From: Burkholderiales bacterium
GTDB lineage: Bacteria > Pseudomonadota > Gammaproteobacteria > Burkholderiales > SG8-39
Direction: 5' to 3'
Assembly: GCA_038206915.1 (NCBI GenBank)
Contig: JBBRAI010000007.1
Location: 12,005-76,004 of the forward strand
DNA: 64,000 bases
Shown: piece after piece, positions 1-10,524 of the stretch
Layout of the letters: the number at the start of each line of letters is the position of its first letter
Numbering within the stretch: position 1 is the first letter of the stretch
Translations under genes and position numbers: made by a program
The notes under the pieces: model-generated
What the model was told of the DNA's origin: nothing
What the model saw: only the letters and a program-made list of their open reading frames with translations
Database searches by the model: none

Positions 1-51
1 GCGAACTACTGGTCGAACCTGGTGGAGCACCTCTTGCCCGCACGCGCCTAG
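1..51 (+). CDS. 3' end of an unidentified upstream gene (partial)
   Basis: Frame is open from the window edge to TAG at 49-51 (...ANYWSNLVEHLLPARA*). Third codon positions are GC-rich like the neighbouring genes. Too short to name. Confidence 0.3.
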   Translation, partial: ANYWSNLVEHLLPARA

Positions 52-102
52 CGCGGGATTCGAGCGGCCATATTCAGCAGCCTAGCGACAGGAGCAGTTC
101 GC

Positions 103-1086
103 ATGCAATACATAGATCACGGCAAAGGCGGCGCGGCCGACGTCATGAACATCGCCGAGGCGCCCGCGCCCAAGTTGCAGGCGGGCGAAGTCCTGATCGA
201 AGTGCACTACGCCGGCGTCAACCGCCCGGACGTGGCGCAGCGCTCGGGCAGCTATCCGCCGCCGCCGGGCGCCTCACCCATCCTCGGCCTTGAAGTCGCC
301 GGGCGCGTCCACGCGGTCGCCGCTGACGTCACGCAGTGGAAAGTCGGCGACTCGGTCTGCGCGCTCACCCCGGGGGGCGGCTACGCCCAGTACTGCGCGG
401 TGCCGGCGCCGCATTGCCTGCCTGTTCCCAAGGGACTGTCGCTGCTGGAAGCCGCGGCCCTGCCGGAAAATTTCTTTACCGTCTGGACCAACGTATTCGA
501 CCGCGGCCGGCTGAAGTCGGGAGAGCGCTTTCTGGTGCACGGCGGCTCAAGCGGCATCGGCCTCACCGCGATCCAGCTGGCCAAGGCTTTCGGCGCGACG
601 GTCTATACCACCGTCGGGAACCAGGAGAAAGCGCAGTTCTGCCGCGGCATCGGCGCCGATGCCGCGTTCAATTACCGCGAGCAAGACTTCGTCGAAGAAG
701 TAGCGCGGCTCACCGGCAAGAAGGGCGTGGATCTGATCCTGGACATGGTCGGAGGTCCCTATATCGAAAAGAACCTCAAGTCGCTGGCGCTGGAAGGGCG
801 CCTGGTGCAGATCGCGTTCCTGCAGGGCAGCAAAGTCGCGCTGGATATCATGCCGATCATGATCAAACGGCTGAGCTACAGCGGTTCGACGCTGCGCCCG
901 CGAACCGTGGCGCAAAAGGCCGCGATCGCGCAGGACTTGCTGCAGCATGTCTGGCCGCTGCTGGAATCGGGCAAAGTGAAGCCGGTGATCCACGCGAGCT
1001 TTGCGCTGAAGGACGCGAGGCTGGCGCACGAATTGATGGAGTCGAGCAAGCACATTGGCAAGATCATGCTCGAAGTGAAAAGCTGA
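103..1086 (+). CDS. qor: NAD(P)H:quinone oxidoreductase (medium-chain dehydrogenase/reductase family)
   Basis: 327-aa ORF. MDR/quinone oxidoreductase layout: N-terminal GroES-like part (EVLIEVHYAGVNRPD) and Rossmann motif VHGGSSGIGLTAIQLAK. Confidence 0.85.
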   Translation: MQYIDHGKGGAADVMNIAEAPAPKLQAGEVLIEVHYAGVNRPDVAQRSGSYPPPPGASPILGLEVAGRVHAVAADVTQWKVGDSVCALTPGGGYAQYCAVPAPHCLPVPKGLSLLEAAALPENFFTVWTNVFDRGRLKSGERFLVHGGSSGIGLTAIQLAKAFGATVYTTVGNQEKAQFCRGIGADAAFNYREQDFVEEVARLTGKKGVDLILDMVGGPYIEKNLKSLALEGRLVQIAFLQGSKVALDIMPIMIKRLSYSGSTLRPRTVAQKAAIAQDLLQHVWPLLESGKVKPVIHASFALKDARLAHELMESSKHIGKIMLEVKS

Positions 1087-1124
1087 GCCGCGCCCGAAAT
1101 TGCACGCCGCGGGCGTTCAAGGTG

Positions 1125-2912
1125 TCAAAGCTCGGCAGCGCGGTTCAGGGTGCTTAGAAAGACGTCCGCCGATTGGTAGCCGATTACGCGCAGACCTTCG
1201 ATTTCCCTGCCCTGACTATCGAAAAAAATAATGCCGGGTGGGCCGAACAGGCTGAAGCGCTTGAGCAGCGCCTTGTCGTCTGCCGAATTCGCGGTGACAT
1301 CCGCCTGCAGCAGCAGCATCTGGCCCATCTTCGCCTTCACCCGCGCATCGGTAAAAGTGAAGGCCTCCATCTCCTTGCAGGAGACGCACCAGTCGGCGTA
1401 AAAATCAAGCATCACCGGCCTGCCGGGGACCTGCAGCTTCGCGTCGAGCTCGGCCGGGTTCTTCACCCGCGTGAAGCGCGTTTGCTGCGTCCCGCCCGTA
1501 CCGCCACCAACCAGGCCGGACAGCGGCCGCAGCACGTCTCTGCTGCCGGCAAACGCGCCGATTGCCAGCGCCGTGCCGGCGAGCAGCGCGAGGAAGCCGG
1601 CGGCCTTCCACAGCCGCGTGAGCGTACCGGCCTCGGGCGGCAGCGGGTCGATCGCGCGCAACACCATGGCCGAACCGACCAGCAATGCCGCCCAGGCAAG
1701 CATTTGCGCGGCCAGCGGCAGCACCGGCGACACGATGTAAATCGCCACCGCGAGCAGCATCACGCCGAAGAACTGTTTCACCGACTGCATCCAGCGGCCC
1801 GACTTGGGCAGGAACTGGCCCTCGAACACGCCGACCAGGATCAGCGGGACGCCCATGCCTATGGACATCGCAAATAGCGCGATGCCGCCCAAGGCGACGT
1901 CGCGCGTCTGGCTGATGTAGAGCAGGGCGCCGGCCAACGGCGCGGCGACGCAGGGGCTGACGATCGCGGCCGAGAACACCCCCATCAGCACCACCGCGCC
2001 GAGGCGCCCGCCTTTCAAGCGATTGTTCGCCCTGGTCATGCTCGTGTGAAAACCCACCGGCAACTGCAACTCGTACAAGCCGAACATCGACAACGCGAGC
2101 AATACGAAAACGAACGCGAAAACCGACAGCACCCAGGGATTCTGCAGCGCGGCCGACAGCAGATTGCCCGAGAGCGCGGCGGCGACACCGATGCCTGTGT
2201 AGGTGATCGACATGCCGAGGACATAGGCCGAGGACAGGATGAATGCGCGCGTGCGCGTGGCGTCGCGCCCCTCGCCGACGATGATGCCGGACAGGATCGG
2301 GATCATCGGCAGCACGCAGGGCGTAAACGTGAGCAGCACACCGGCGCCGAAGAAGGCGGCCGCGATCAGCCACAGGCTGCCCGAAGCCAGCAGCCGCTGA
2401 AAGCGCGCTTCCTCGTTGATCGACCCGGCTGCGTCCCCTGCGCGCGCATCCCCGGCCGCAGGCGCGGCCGCGGTGCTCATCGCAGCCGGGAGCGAGATCT
2501 GCGCTGTCTGAACCTGCGGCACGTAGCACACGCCCGCGTCGGCGCAGCCCTGGGAAGTCACCGCCAGCTTGAGGCTGTCCACGGCCGCGTCGCGCGTAAT
2601 CGGCAAGCGGATGCGCACTTCCTTGCGATAGGTTTCAACCTTGCCGAAGAATTCGTCGTTGTGTACGTCGCCCTGGGGAAGTTGCGCGCTGCCCAGCTTC
2701 ACCGCCGTCGGCTCGGCCTCGAACTTGAATTTGCTGCGGTACATGTAATAGCCGTCGGCGATCTGGTAGCGCACCTCCAGCGTGTCGGCGTCGAGCGCGC
2801 GCGCCGAGAACTTGAACGCGACGTTCGGCGGCAGCAACTCCTGCGCGAAGGCAAGACCGTGCAGGCTGAGCGCGAACAGCAGCGCGAAAAACAGGTGCAG
2901 TCTGGATCGCAT
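1125..2912 (-). CDS. dsbD: Thiol:disulfide interchange protein DsbD
   Basis: Signal peptide (MRSRLHLFFALLFALSLHGLAFA) and a periplasmic N-domain. Multi-TM core with paired Cys motifs (TFTPCVLPMIP, VSPCVAAPL). C-terminal thioredoxin domain DFYADWCVSCK. Start placed at ATG 2912; the track ORF extends to 2966. Confidence 0.9.
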   Translation of the reverse strand: MRSRLHLFFALLFALSLHGLAFAQELLPPNVAFKFSARALDADTLEVRYQIADGYYMYRSKFKFEAEPTAVKLGSAQLPQGDVHNDEFFGKVETYRKEVRIRLPITRDAAVDSLKLAVTSQGCADAGVCYVPQVQTAQISLPAAMSTAAAPAAGDARAGDAAGSINEEARFQRLLASGSLWLIAAAFFGAGVLLTFTPCVLPMIPILSGIIVGEGRDATRTRAFILSSAYVLGMSITYTGIGVAAALSGNLLSAALQNPWVLSVFAFVFVLLALSMFGLYELQLPVGFHTSMTRANNRLKGGRLGAVVLMGVFSAAIVSPCVAAPLAGALLYISQTRDVALGGIALFAMSIGMGVPLILVGVFEGQFLPKSGRWMQSVKQFFGVMLLAVAIYIVSPVLPLAAQMLAWAALLVGSAMVLRAIDPLPPEAGTLTRLWKAAGFLALLAGTALAIGAFAGSRDVLRPLSGLVGGGTGGTQQTRFTRVKNPAELDAKLQVPGRPVMLDFYADWCVSCKEMEAFTFTDARVKAKMGQMLLLQADVTANSADDKALLKRFSLFGPPGIIFFDSQGREIEGLRVIGYQSADVFLSTLNRAAEL

Positions 2913-2926
2913 ATTTATCTGAGGGC

Positions 2927-3256
2927 TCAGGCGGGTGCGCCGACGCGCGTTTCGGACTCTAGCCACTGCAGATAAGCCGGCAGGGCGCGAGTGATTGAGA
3001 CTGCGATAATCTCCGGAAGTTCATACGGATGGTTGGCGCGTATCGCCTGTTCCAATTCGGCGTAGCGGTCGCCGGCGGTCTTGATCAGCAGCGGATGCTC
3101 TTCCTCGCGCCGGATCTGCCCCTGCCAGCGATAGACCGAAGCGCAGGGCGCCAGAATGTTGACGCAGGCGGCCAGCCTGCGCTCGATGAGCAGCGCGGCG
3201 AGCGTTTCCGCGGCGGCACGATCGGGCAGATTGGTGACGACGAGCAGGCTGTCCAT
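2927..3256 (-). CDS. cutA: Divalent-cation tolerance protein CutA
   Basis: 109 aa with CutA1 signature (ACVNILAPCASVYRWQGQI...PYELPEIIAV). Classic cutA-dsbD pairing, 14-nt gap. Confidence 0.9.
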   Translation of the reverse strand: MDSLLVVTNLPDRAAAETLAALLIERRLAACVNILAPCASVYRWQGQIRREEEHPLLIKTAGDRYAELEQAIRANHPYELPEIIAVSITRALPAYLQWLESETRVGAPA

Positions 3257-3271
3257 GGCGCGCTTCGCGCC

Positions 3272-4141
3272 TCAGACGGCCGCGGCCGTCGGCACGCCTT
3301 CGCGAACCGTCGGATAGCGCAGGCGCACGCCAAGCTCGGATTTCATGCGCACGTTGACCAGACGGCGCGATTCGCGCATGAAAGACAGCAGCCCTTCCGA
3401 AATCGCGCCGGCCTCGGCCTCTTTACGCGTGATGCGCGGCGGCCGCGGCAAACCGCAACGGTCCGCCACCAGATCGAAGTAGTCGCCCATTTTCATTTCG
3501 CTGTCGTCGCTGGCGTTATAGGCGCGGCCGGCTGCGCCGCGTTCGAGCGCGGCCGCGCAGATTGCGGCGAGGTCGTCGGCGTGAATGTGATTGGTGTAGA
3601 CATCGTCCTGCGCACGCAATACCGGCGCGCCGCGCCTGAGCTGCGCCAGCGGCAGGCGCTCGGCAGCGTAGATACCGGGCACGCGCAGCACGCACACCGC
3701 GGCGCCGATCCGCTTTCCCCAGGCGAGCAGCGTGCGCTCCGCGTCGGCGCGGCGCGCGCCGCGCGCGGTCTGCGGCACCAGCGGCCGGTCCTCGTCCACC
3801 CGGGCGCCGCCGCAATCGCCGTAGACGCCGCTGGTGCTGATGTAGACCAGGCGCCCCGGCGGGTGCTGCGCCAGCGCGGCGATCAGATTGGCACTGCGCT
3901 GGTCGCGCTCGCCGCTGTCGGCGGGCGGCGCAAGGTGCAGCACCAGATCCGCAGCACCTGCCAGCGGCGCCAGCGTCGCCGGATCGTCGAGGTCGCCCGC
4001 GATCGGCTTCGCCCCGAGCGCGGCGATGCGCTCGGCCTGGGCCGGCGTGCGCACCAGGCCGCACACCTGATAGTCGCGCGCGAGCTGCGGCAGCGCGCGC
4101 AGCGCGATATCGCCGCAACCGACGATGAGCAGCTTCTTCAT
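3272..4141 (-). CDS. NAD-dependent epimerase/dehydratase-family (SDR) protein
   Basis: 289 aa. N-terminal Rossmann motif MKKLLIVGCGDIA and extended-SDR-like body. Substrate unknown. Confidence 0.7.
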   Translation of the reverse strand: MKKLLIVGCGDIALRALPQLARDYQVCGLVRTPAQAERIAALGAKPIAGDLDDPATLAPLAGAADLVLHLAPPADSGERDQRSANLIAALAQHPPGRLVYISTSGVYGDCGGARVDEDRPLVPQTARGARRADAERTLLAWGKRIGAAVCVLRVPGIYAAERLPLAQLRRGAPVLRAQDDVYTNHIHADDLAAICAAALERGAAGRAYNASDDSEMKMGDYFDLVADRCGLPRPPRITRKEAEAGAISEGLLSFMRESRRLVNVRMKSELGVRLRYPTVREGVPTAAAV

Positions 4142-4180
4142 AGTAAAATTGTACCCGCTCTGGTCACGGTAGTATCAGCC

Positions 4181-5212
4181 ATGTCGCATCAAGTCACCAT
4201 TCGACCCAGCGGGCACGTGTTCCACGTCCAGCCCGACGAAACCGTGCTCAGCGCCGCGCTGCGCGAAGGATTCACCCTCGCCTATGGCTGCCGCAACGGC
4301 GCCTGCGGCAGTTGCAAGGGCAAGCTACTCGAGGGCAGGATCGATTACGGCAAGCATGCCGACACCGCGCTTTCCGCCGCCGAGCAGGCAAACGGACTGG
4401 CGCTGTTCTGCGTCGCCCGGCCGCTGGGCGACATCGTGATCGAATGCCGCGAGATCAGTGCAATCAAGGACCAGCAGATCAAGATCCTGCCCTGCCGCGT
4501 GCAAACCATCGAGAATCCGACGCCCGACGTGGCGGTGATTTCGCTCAAACTCCCCGCCAACGAGCGCCTGCAGTACCTGGCCGGGCAGTATATCGAGTTC
4601 ATGCTCAAGGACGGCAAGCGTCGCAGCTATTCCATGGCCAATGCCCCGCATGACGACGCACTGCTGCAGATCCACGTGCGCCACCTGCCCGGCGGCCTGT
4701 TCACCGACCAGGTGTTCGGCAAGATGAAGGCGCGCGACATCCTGCGCTTCGAAGGTCCGCACGGCACGTTTTTTCTGCGCGAGGACAGCGACAAGCCGAT
4801 GCTGCTGCTCGCCAGCGGCACCGGGTTCGCGCCGATCAAGGCGATCGTCGAACATGCGCTGCACAAGGGCATCGCGCGCCCGATGACGCTGTACTGGGGC
4901 GGTCGCCGCCCGCGCGACCTGTACATGGATGAGCTCGCGCGCGGCTGGGCGGCGCAGCACGTGCATTTCAGCTACGCGCCGGTGGTGTCGGACGCGCTGC
5001 CCGAAGACGCTTGGTCCGGGCGCGGCGGGTTCGTGCACCGCGCCGTGATCGAGGATTTCCCCGACCTTTCCGGGCACCAGGTATATGCCTGCGGCGCGCC
5101 GGTGGTGATCGACGCCGCGCGGCGCGACTTCAGCGCGCTATGCGCGCTGCCGCCGGAGGAGTTCTATGCCGACTCGTTCACCACCGAGGCCGACCTGGCC
5201 AAGGTGAAATAG
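4181..5212 (+). CDS. 2Fe-2S ferredoxin / FAD / NAD(P)-binding oxidoreductase (FNR family, CDP-6-deoxy-delta-3,4-glucoseen reductase-like)
   Basis: Starts MSHQVTIRPSG. Plant-type ferredoxin Cys cluster CRNGACGSCK, flavin motif RSYSMAN and an NAD domain LLLASGTGFAP. The part of the track ORF upstream of 4181 is antisense to the SDR gene. Confidence 0.85.
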   Translation: MSHQVTIRPSGHVFHVQPDETVLSAALREGFTLAYGCRNGACGSCKGKLLEGRIDYGKHADTALSAAEQANGLALFCVARPLGDIVIECREISAIKDQQIKILPCRVQTIENPTPDVAVISLKLPANERLQYLAGQYIEFMLKDGKRRSYSMANAPHDDALLQIHVRHLPGGLFTDQVFGKMKARDILRFEGPHGTFFLREDSDKPMLLLASGTGFAPIKAIVEHALHKGIARPMTLYWGGRRPRDLYMDELARGWAAQHVHFSYAPVVSDALPEDAWSGRGGFVHRAVIEDFPDLSGHQVYACGAPVVIDAARRDFSALCALPPEEFYADSFTTEADLAKVK

Positions 5213-5222
5213 ACCGGGTGTC

Positions 5223-5939
5223 TCAGTCCGCTTCGCCCAGATAGGCCGCGCGCACCTTCGGGTCGTTCAGCAAATCGCGCGCCGGTCCCTCGAGCGTAAT
5301 CAGCCCGGTCTCCATCACATAGCCGCGGCTGCTCACTTCGAGTGCCAGCCGCGCGTTCTGCTCCACCAGAAGTATGGTTACGCCCTCCTTCGCGACGGCG
5401 AGGACGGTTTCGAATATCTTCTGCACCAGCAGCGGCGCCAGTCCCATGCTGGGTTCGTCCAAAAGCAGCAGCTTGGGCCGGCTCATCAGCGCGCGGCCGA
5501 TGGCGAGCATCTGCTGCTCGCCGCCGGAGAGCGTGCCGCCTGACTGGCTGCGCCGCTCCGCGAGTCGCGGGAACAGGCTGTAGACGTGATCCAGGTCGGA
5601 CTTCACCGCCGCGGTGTCACTGCGCACATACGCGCCCATGGCGAGGTTCTCCTCCACCGTAAGCTGCCCGAACACGCCGCGCCCTTCGGGCACCAGCGCG
5701 AGGCCGCGGCGCACCAGTTCGAACGCGCGCATGCCGCCGATCGGCACGCCGTCGTAGACGATAGCCTCTGCGGCGACGGGAAGCAGTCCGGCGATGGATT
5801 TGAGGGTGGTGGTCTTGCCAGCGCCGTTGGTGCCGATCAGGCACACCAGCTCCCCCTTGGCGACGTTCAGGTCTATGCCCTTGACCGCCTTGATGCCGCC
5901 ATAGCCGACCTCGAGCCGGCGCAGTTCGAGCAGGCTCAT
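5223..5939 (-). CDS. livF: Branched-chain amino acid ABC transporter ATP-binding protein LivF
   Basis: Starts MSLLELRRLEVGYGG. Walker A GTNGAGKTT, signature LSGGEQQML, Walker B LLLLDEPS. Last gene of the liv operon. Confidence 0.9.
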   Translation of the reverse strand: MSLLELRRLEVGYGGIKAVKGIDLNVAKGELVCLIGTNGAGKTTTLKSIAGLLPVAAEAIVYDGVPIGGMRAFELVRRGLALVPEGRGVFGQLTVEENLAMGAYVRSDTAAVKSDLDHVYSLFPRLAERRSQSGGTLSGGEQQMLAIGRALMSRPKLLLLDEPSMGLAPLLVQKIFETVLAVAKEGVTILLVEQNARLALEVSSRGYVMETGLITLEGPARDLLNDPKVRAAYLGEAD

Positions 5940-6078
5940 TGGATTAGCTTGTCGCTTCGCGCCGAGGCCGAATCGAAAATGCGGCCCTCGGGGCGGCCCG
6001 TCGGGCTCAATTGGATTGCCTTGTCGCTTCGCGCCAAGGCCGAATCGAAAATGCGGCCCTCGGGGCGGCCCGTCGGGC

Positions 6079-6082
<4 letters not shown>
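5939..6082. repeat. 72-bp tandem direct duplication (2 copies, about 4 mismatches) filling the livG-livF junction
   Basis: Copy 1 is 5939-6010 and copy 2 is 6011-6082: ttggatt(ag/gc)cttgtcgcttcgcgcc(g/a)aggccgaatcgaaaatgcggccctcggggcggcccgtcgggctca. Each copy holds an imperfect hairpin (gccgaggccg...cggccctcgg). Copy 2 contains the livG stop and copy 1 abuts the livF ATG. Confidence 0.9.
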
Positions 6083-6890
<808 letters not shown>

Positions 6891-6894
<4 letters not shown>

Positions 6895-7955
6895 TCCGCC
6901 GCCTTCGTCAGCTCGCGCTTTCTCACCGCCGAGGGCAGCAGGCCCGCCGGCCGGTAAAGCATCATCAACACCAGCGCCAGGCCGAACAGCAGCATGCGGA
7001 TCACTTCCGGCTCGATGAACGTCCTTCCGAACAGGTACCGCTGCACCGGCTCCACCGTGTAGCGCAGCAGTTCCGGCACGAACGAAAGCAGCACCGCGCC
7101 CAGCACCACGCCCCAGATATTGCCCATGCCGCCGAGCACCACCATGGACAGCACCATGATGGACTCCACCAGGACGAAGCTCTCCGGGCTGATGAAGCCC
7201 TGAATGGCGGCGAACATGCCGCCGGCGATGCCGCCGAAGGAGGCGCCCATGGCGAAGGCGAGCAGCTTGATGCGCGTCGTGTCGATGCCCATCGCGCGCG
7301 CCGCCGTCTCGTCCTCGCGTATCGCCTCCCAGGCGCGGCCGATGCGCGAGTGCTGCAGCCGCAGGTTCACCACGATGGCCAGAAGCAGTATGGCGAGCAG
7401 GATGTAGTAGTACTTGATCGGCCCGGAAAACATGAGGCCGAAGATGGTCTCGTTCTTGCTGAAGCTGAACGAACCGAAACTGAACGGGTCGATGCGCGAG
7501 ATGCCCTGCGGTCCATTGGTGATATTGACCGGCTGCGACAGGTTGTTGAGGAAGATGCGCACGATTTCGCCAAAGCCCAGGGTGACGATGGCAAGATAGT
7601 CGCCGCGCAGTTTGAGCGTGGGCGCGCCCAGCAGCACGCCGAACGCGCACGCCACCAGCGCGCCTATTGGCAGGATCACCCAGAACGGAAGGTGCAGATT
7701 AAAATGCGGCGAGGCGAGCAGGGCATAGGTATAGGCGCCGACGGCGTAGAACGCGACGTAGCCCAGGTCGAGCAGTCCGGCGAACCCGACCACGATGTTC
7801 AGCCCGAGGGACAGGAACACGAACAGGATGGCGAGGTTGCCGATACGCACCCAGGCGGTCCCGACCGATGCGAGCGCGAACGGCAGCCCGATCAGCGCCA
7901 GCGCGATCAGCGCCAATCCGAACCACTTCGCGCGCGGATGGGCGGACAGATTCAC
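6891..7955 (-). CDS. livM: Branched-chain amino acid ABC transporter permease LivM
   Basis: 354-aa polytopic membrane protein of the LivM family, sitting between livH and livG. Confidence 0.9.
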
Positions 7956-7998
7956 CGTGCGCGTCCTGCCCTGAATCCGGCGACTGGTCTCCCGCGCA

Positions 7999-8922
7999 TC
8001 AGGCCCGGTCTCCCACGCGCTCGCCGAGCAGCCCGGAGGGCCGGAACACCAGCACCGCGATCAGCACGATGAAGGCGAATACGTCCTGGTAATTGCTGCC
8101 GAAGACATTGTTGGTGAAATCGCCGATATAGCCGGCGCCCAGGGCTTCGACCAAGCCGAGCAGGATGCCGCCCAGCATAGCGCCCGCAATATTGCCGATG
8201 CCGCCGAGCACCGCGGCCGAGAACGCCTTCATGCCCAGCAGCGAGCCCATGCCGTAGTGGGCGATGCCGTAATAGGTGCCGACCATCACCCCGGCAACCG
8301 CGGCCAGCGCCGCGCCGACTATGAACGTGAAGGAAATGATGCGATCGATGTCTATGCCCATCAGGCCGGCTACCTGCGGATTCTGCGAGGTTGCGCGCAT
8401 GGCGATGCCAAGCTTGGTGCGGTACACGATCAGCGTCAGCGCCACCATCATCAGCACCGAGCCGAGGATGATCGCGATCTGCACGCCGCTGATGATCGCC
8501 CCGCCAATATTGAATCTGACGAACGGGATGATTTGCGGAAATGCCAGCGGGCTGCGGCCCCAGACCAGCAGCGCCACGTGCTGCAGGATGATCGATATGC
8601 CGATGGCGGTGATCAGCGGCGCCAGCCGCGGGGCATTGCGCAAGGGCCGATAGGCCACGCGCTCCATGGCGTAGCCCACCAGCATGCACGCCGGGACTGC
8701 GGCCACTACGCCGGCAAAAACGATCAGCACCGGCGGCAGGGCGGTGCCGGCGAGCGCGCCGATCACCGAGAACGCGACCATGGCGCCGAGCATCACCAGT
8801 TCGCCGTGGGCGAAGTTGATCAGCTGGATGATGCCGTAAACCATGGTGTAGCCCAGCGCGACGATGGCATAGACGCTGCCCAGGGTAAGGCCGTTGATGA
8901 TCTGCTGCAGGAAGATGTCCAT
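7999..8922 (-). CDS. livH: Branched-chain amino acid ABC transporter permease LivH
   Basis: 307 aa. MDIFLQQIINGLTLGSVYAIVALGYTMVYG is the typical LivH N-terminus. Confidence 0.9.
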   Translation of the reverse strand: MDIFLQQIINGLTLGSVYAIVALGYTMVYGIIQLINFAHGELVMLGAMVAFSVIGALAGTALPPVLIVFAGVVAAVPACMLVGYAMERVAYRPLRNAPRLAPLITAIGISIILQHVALLVWGRSPLAFPQIIPFVRFNIGGAIISGVQIAIILGSVLMMVALTLIVYRTKLGIAMRATSQNPQVAGLMGIDIDRIISFTFIVGAALAAVAGVMVGTYYGIAHYGMGSLLGMKAFSAAVLGGIGNIAGAMLGGILLGLVEALGAGYIGDFTNNVFGSNYQDVFAFIVLIAVLVFRPSGLLGERVGDRA

Positions 8923-9060
8923 ACCCGGCCCGATTTAAACCCAAAGGCGCGAAGAACGCAAAGCGCGCTTGTTCGAGTTCGGCCGCAGCAACGAGCCGGC
9001 GCGCACCGGGAGCGGCGGCGCCTGCTCCCGTACGCCGTGTCGAATCAAAGTGCCCCCGGG

Positions 9061-9088
9061 CAAGAAAACGGCGCCCGCAGGCGCCGTT
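9061..9088 (-). terminator. Rho-independent terminator/attenuator after the binding-protein gene
   Basis: Minus strand reads aacggcgcc-tgcg-ggcgccgtt followed by ttcttg, about 30 nt after the stop at 9119. This fits partial termination between the binding-protein gene and the permease genes. Confidence 0.6.
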
Positions 9089-9118
9089 ATTTCTGTAGTG
9101 CTGGTAAGGATCAAGCCC

Positions 9119-10405
9119 TTACTTTTTTGCCGGCTCTGCCGCTTTCGCCGGCTCGGCCTCGGCTTTAGGTGCTTCCGCCGCGGGCTGGGCTGCTTTGAGG
9201 AAGTCTTCGAACTTGATGGTCTTGCCGCCCTTGATGATGGCGATCGGCTCGATCTTGCCGCCTTTCATGGTGAAGATCGTCATCTCCGCGTCCTTGCGGT
9301 CGCCTTTGTCGTCGAACTCGATCCTGCCGCTCGCGCCTTCGTAGCTGATCTTGGCGAGTTCGGGCAGGTATTTCGCAGGATCGGACGAGTCGGCTTTCTT
9401 CATCGCCTCGATAAGGAGATTGGCCGCGTCGTAGGTGAACGGGGCATACAGGATCGGGTCGACGTTGAATTTCGCCTTGTACGCATCGAGGAATTTCTTG
9501 TTCGCGGCCTGGACCGGCAGGCCGGCCTGCGAGCACAGCAGCCCCTCGGAAGCGTCGCCCGCCAGTTCCTTCATCTTGTCGGTGCAGGCGCCGTCGCCGA
9601 ATGCGAACACCGCCTTTATGCCGAGCTCGCGCGCCTGTTTCATCAGCGGACCGCCGGTCGCGTCCATGCCGCCGTAGAACACCGCGTTGGGCTTCTCGCC
9701 CTTGATCTTGGTGAGGATCGCCTTGAAGTCGACGGTTTTGTCGGTCGCCTTCTCGCGCGGAAGCACTTTGATCTTGTCCGCTTTCAGTGTCTTGGCGACT
9801 TCGTTCGCCAGACCTTCGCCGTAAGCGGTGGCGTCGTCGATCACGGCCACGGTCTTCGGCTTGACTTCAACGGCCAGGTAGCTGGCGATCGCCGGACCCT
9901 GCTGATCGTCGCGTCCGACCACGCGAAACACGTTTTTGAATCCCTGCTCGGTCAGCTGGGGGTTGGTCGCCGAGCCGCTGATCATCGGAACGCCCGCCTG
10001 ATTGTAGATGGCCGAAGCCGGGATGGTCACACCCGAATTGAGGTGTCCGACCACGCCTACGACTTTTGCGTCCATCAGCTTCTGCGCCACGGTGGTTCCC
10101 ACCTTGGGATCGGCCTGGTCGTCTTCGGAGATCAGTTCCAGCTTGACCTTCTTGCCGCCCAACGTAAAGCCCGCGGCATTGGCTTCGTCGATCGCCAGGC
10201 GCACGCCGTTCTCGTTGTCTTTGCCCAGGTGGGCGATGCTGCCGGTGAGCGGGCCCACAGTTCCGATCTTCACCACCATCATTGCGGGCGGTGGCGGCGG
10301 CGGCGCAGCAACTACCGGTTCGGGTTTCTTTTCCTCGCCGCAGCCGGCGAGCGTGAAGGCCGCTACCGCGGCGAAAATGGCAATGCTGAACCGCGTGCGT
10401 TGCAT
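9119..10405 (-). CDS. Branched-chain amino acid ABC transporter substrate-binding lipoprotein (LivJ/K family)
   Basis: Starts MQRTRFSIAIFAAVAAFTLAGC (lipobox LAGC), then a Pro-rich linker (AAPPPPPPA). Type I periplasmic binding fold (KIGTVGPLTGSIAHLGKD). Ala/Pro/Lys/Glu-rich C-terminal tail. Confidence 0.85.
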   Translation of the reverse strand: MQRTRFSIAIFAAVAAFTLAGCGEEKKPEPVVAAPPPPPPAMMVVKIGTVGPLTGSIAHLGKDNENGVRLAIDEANAAGFTLGGKKVKLELISEDDQADPKVGTTVAQKLMDAKVVGVVGHLNSGVTIPASAIYNQAGVPMISGSATNPQLTEQGFKNVFRVVGRDDQQGPAIASYLAVEVKPKTVAVIDDATAYGEGLANEVAKTLKADKIKVLPREKATDKTVDFKAILTKIKGEKPNAVFYGGMDATGGPLMKQARELGIKAVFAFGDGACTDKMKELAGDASEGLLCSQAGLPVQAANKKFLDAYKAKFNVDPILYAPFTYDAANLLIEAMKKADSSDPAKYLPELAKISYEGASGRIEFDDKGDRKDAEMTIFTMKGGKIEPIAIIKGGKTIKFEDFLKAAQPAAEAPKAEAEPAKAAEPAKK

Positions 10406-10482
10406 GGTGTTCTCCCCGAAAAAGTCAATGCATTCTAACACTGGATGTCGTTCCTTACCCTGGAATACCCGACCCCAGGGGC

Positions 10483-10506
10483 AACAAAGCCGGCCCGCGG
10501 GCCGGC
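10483..10506 (-). terminator. Rho-independent terminator after the cytochrome c gene
   Basis: Perfect GC palindrome gccggcccgcgggccggc (10489-10506), followed on the minus strand by tttgtt. Lies about 20 nt downstream of the stop at 10525. Confidence 0.6.
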
Positions 10507-10524
10507 CTGCTTTCTATAGGGTGC

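Noticed and set aside
1087-1124. Weak hairpin (cgcccg...cgggcg) between convergent qor and dsbD as a terminator
   Set aside because: The stem is only 6 bp with an 11-nt loop and has no flanking T/A tracts. The support is insufficient.
2913-2966. Upstream ATG for dsbD (MARVRNARRRTRLSPQIN...)
   Set aside because: It would overlap the cutA 3' end and place 18 basic residues before an otherwise canonical signal peptide. ATG 2912 is preferred, though this is not proven.
3029-4180. Upstream half of the 727-aa ORF containing the ferredoxin reductase
   Set aside because: It is antisense to the SDR gene (3272-4141). The reductase has a complete N-terminal 2Fe-2S domain starting at ATG 4181.
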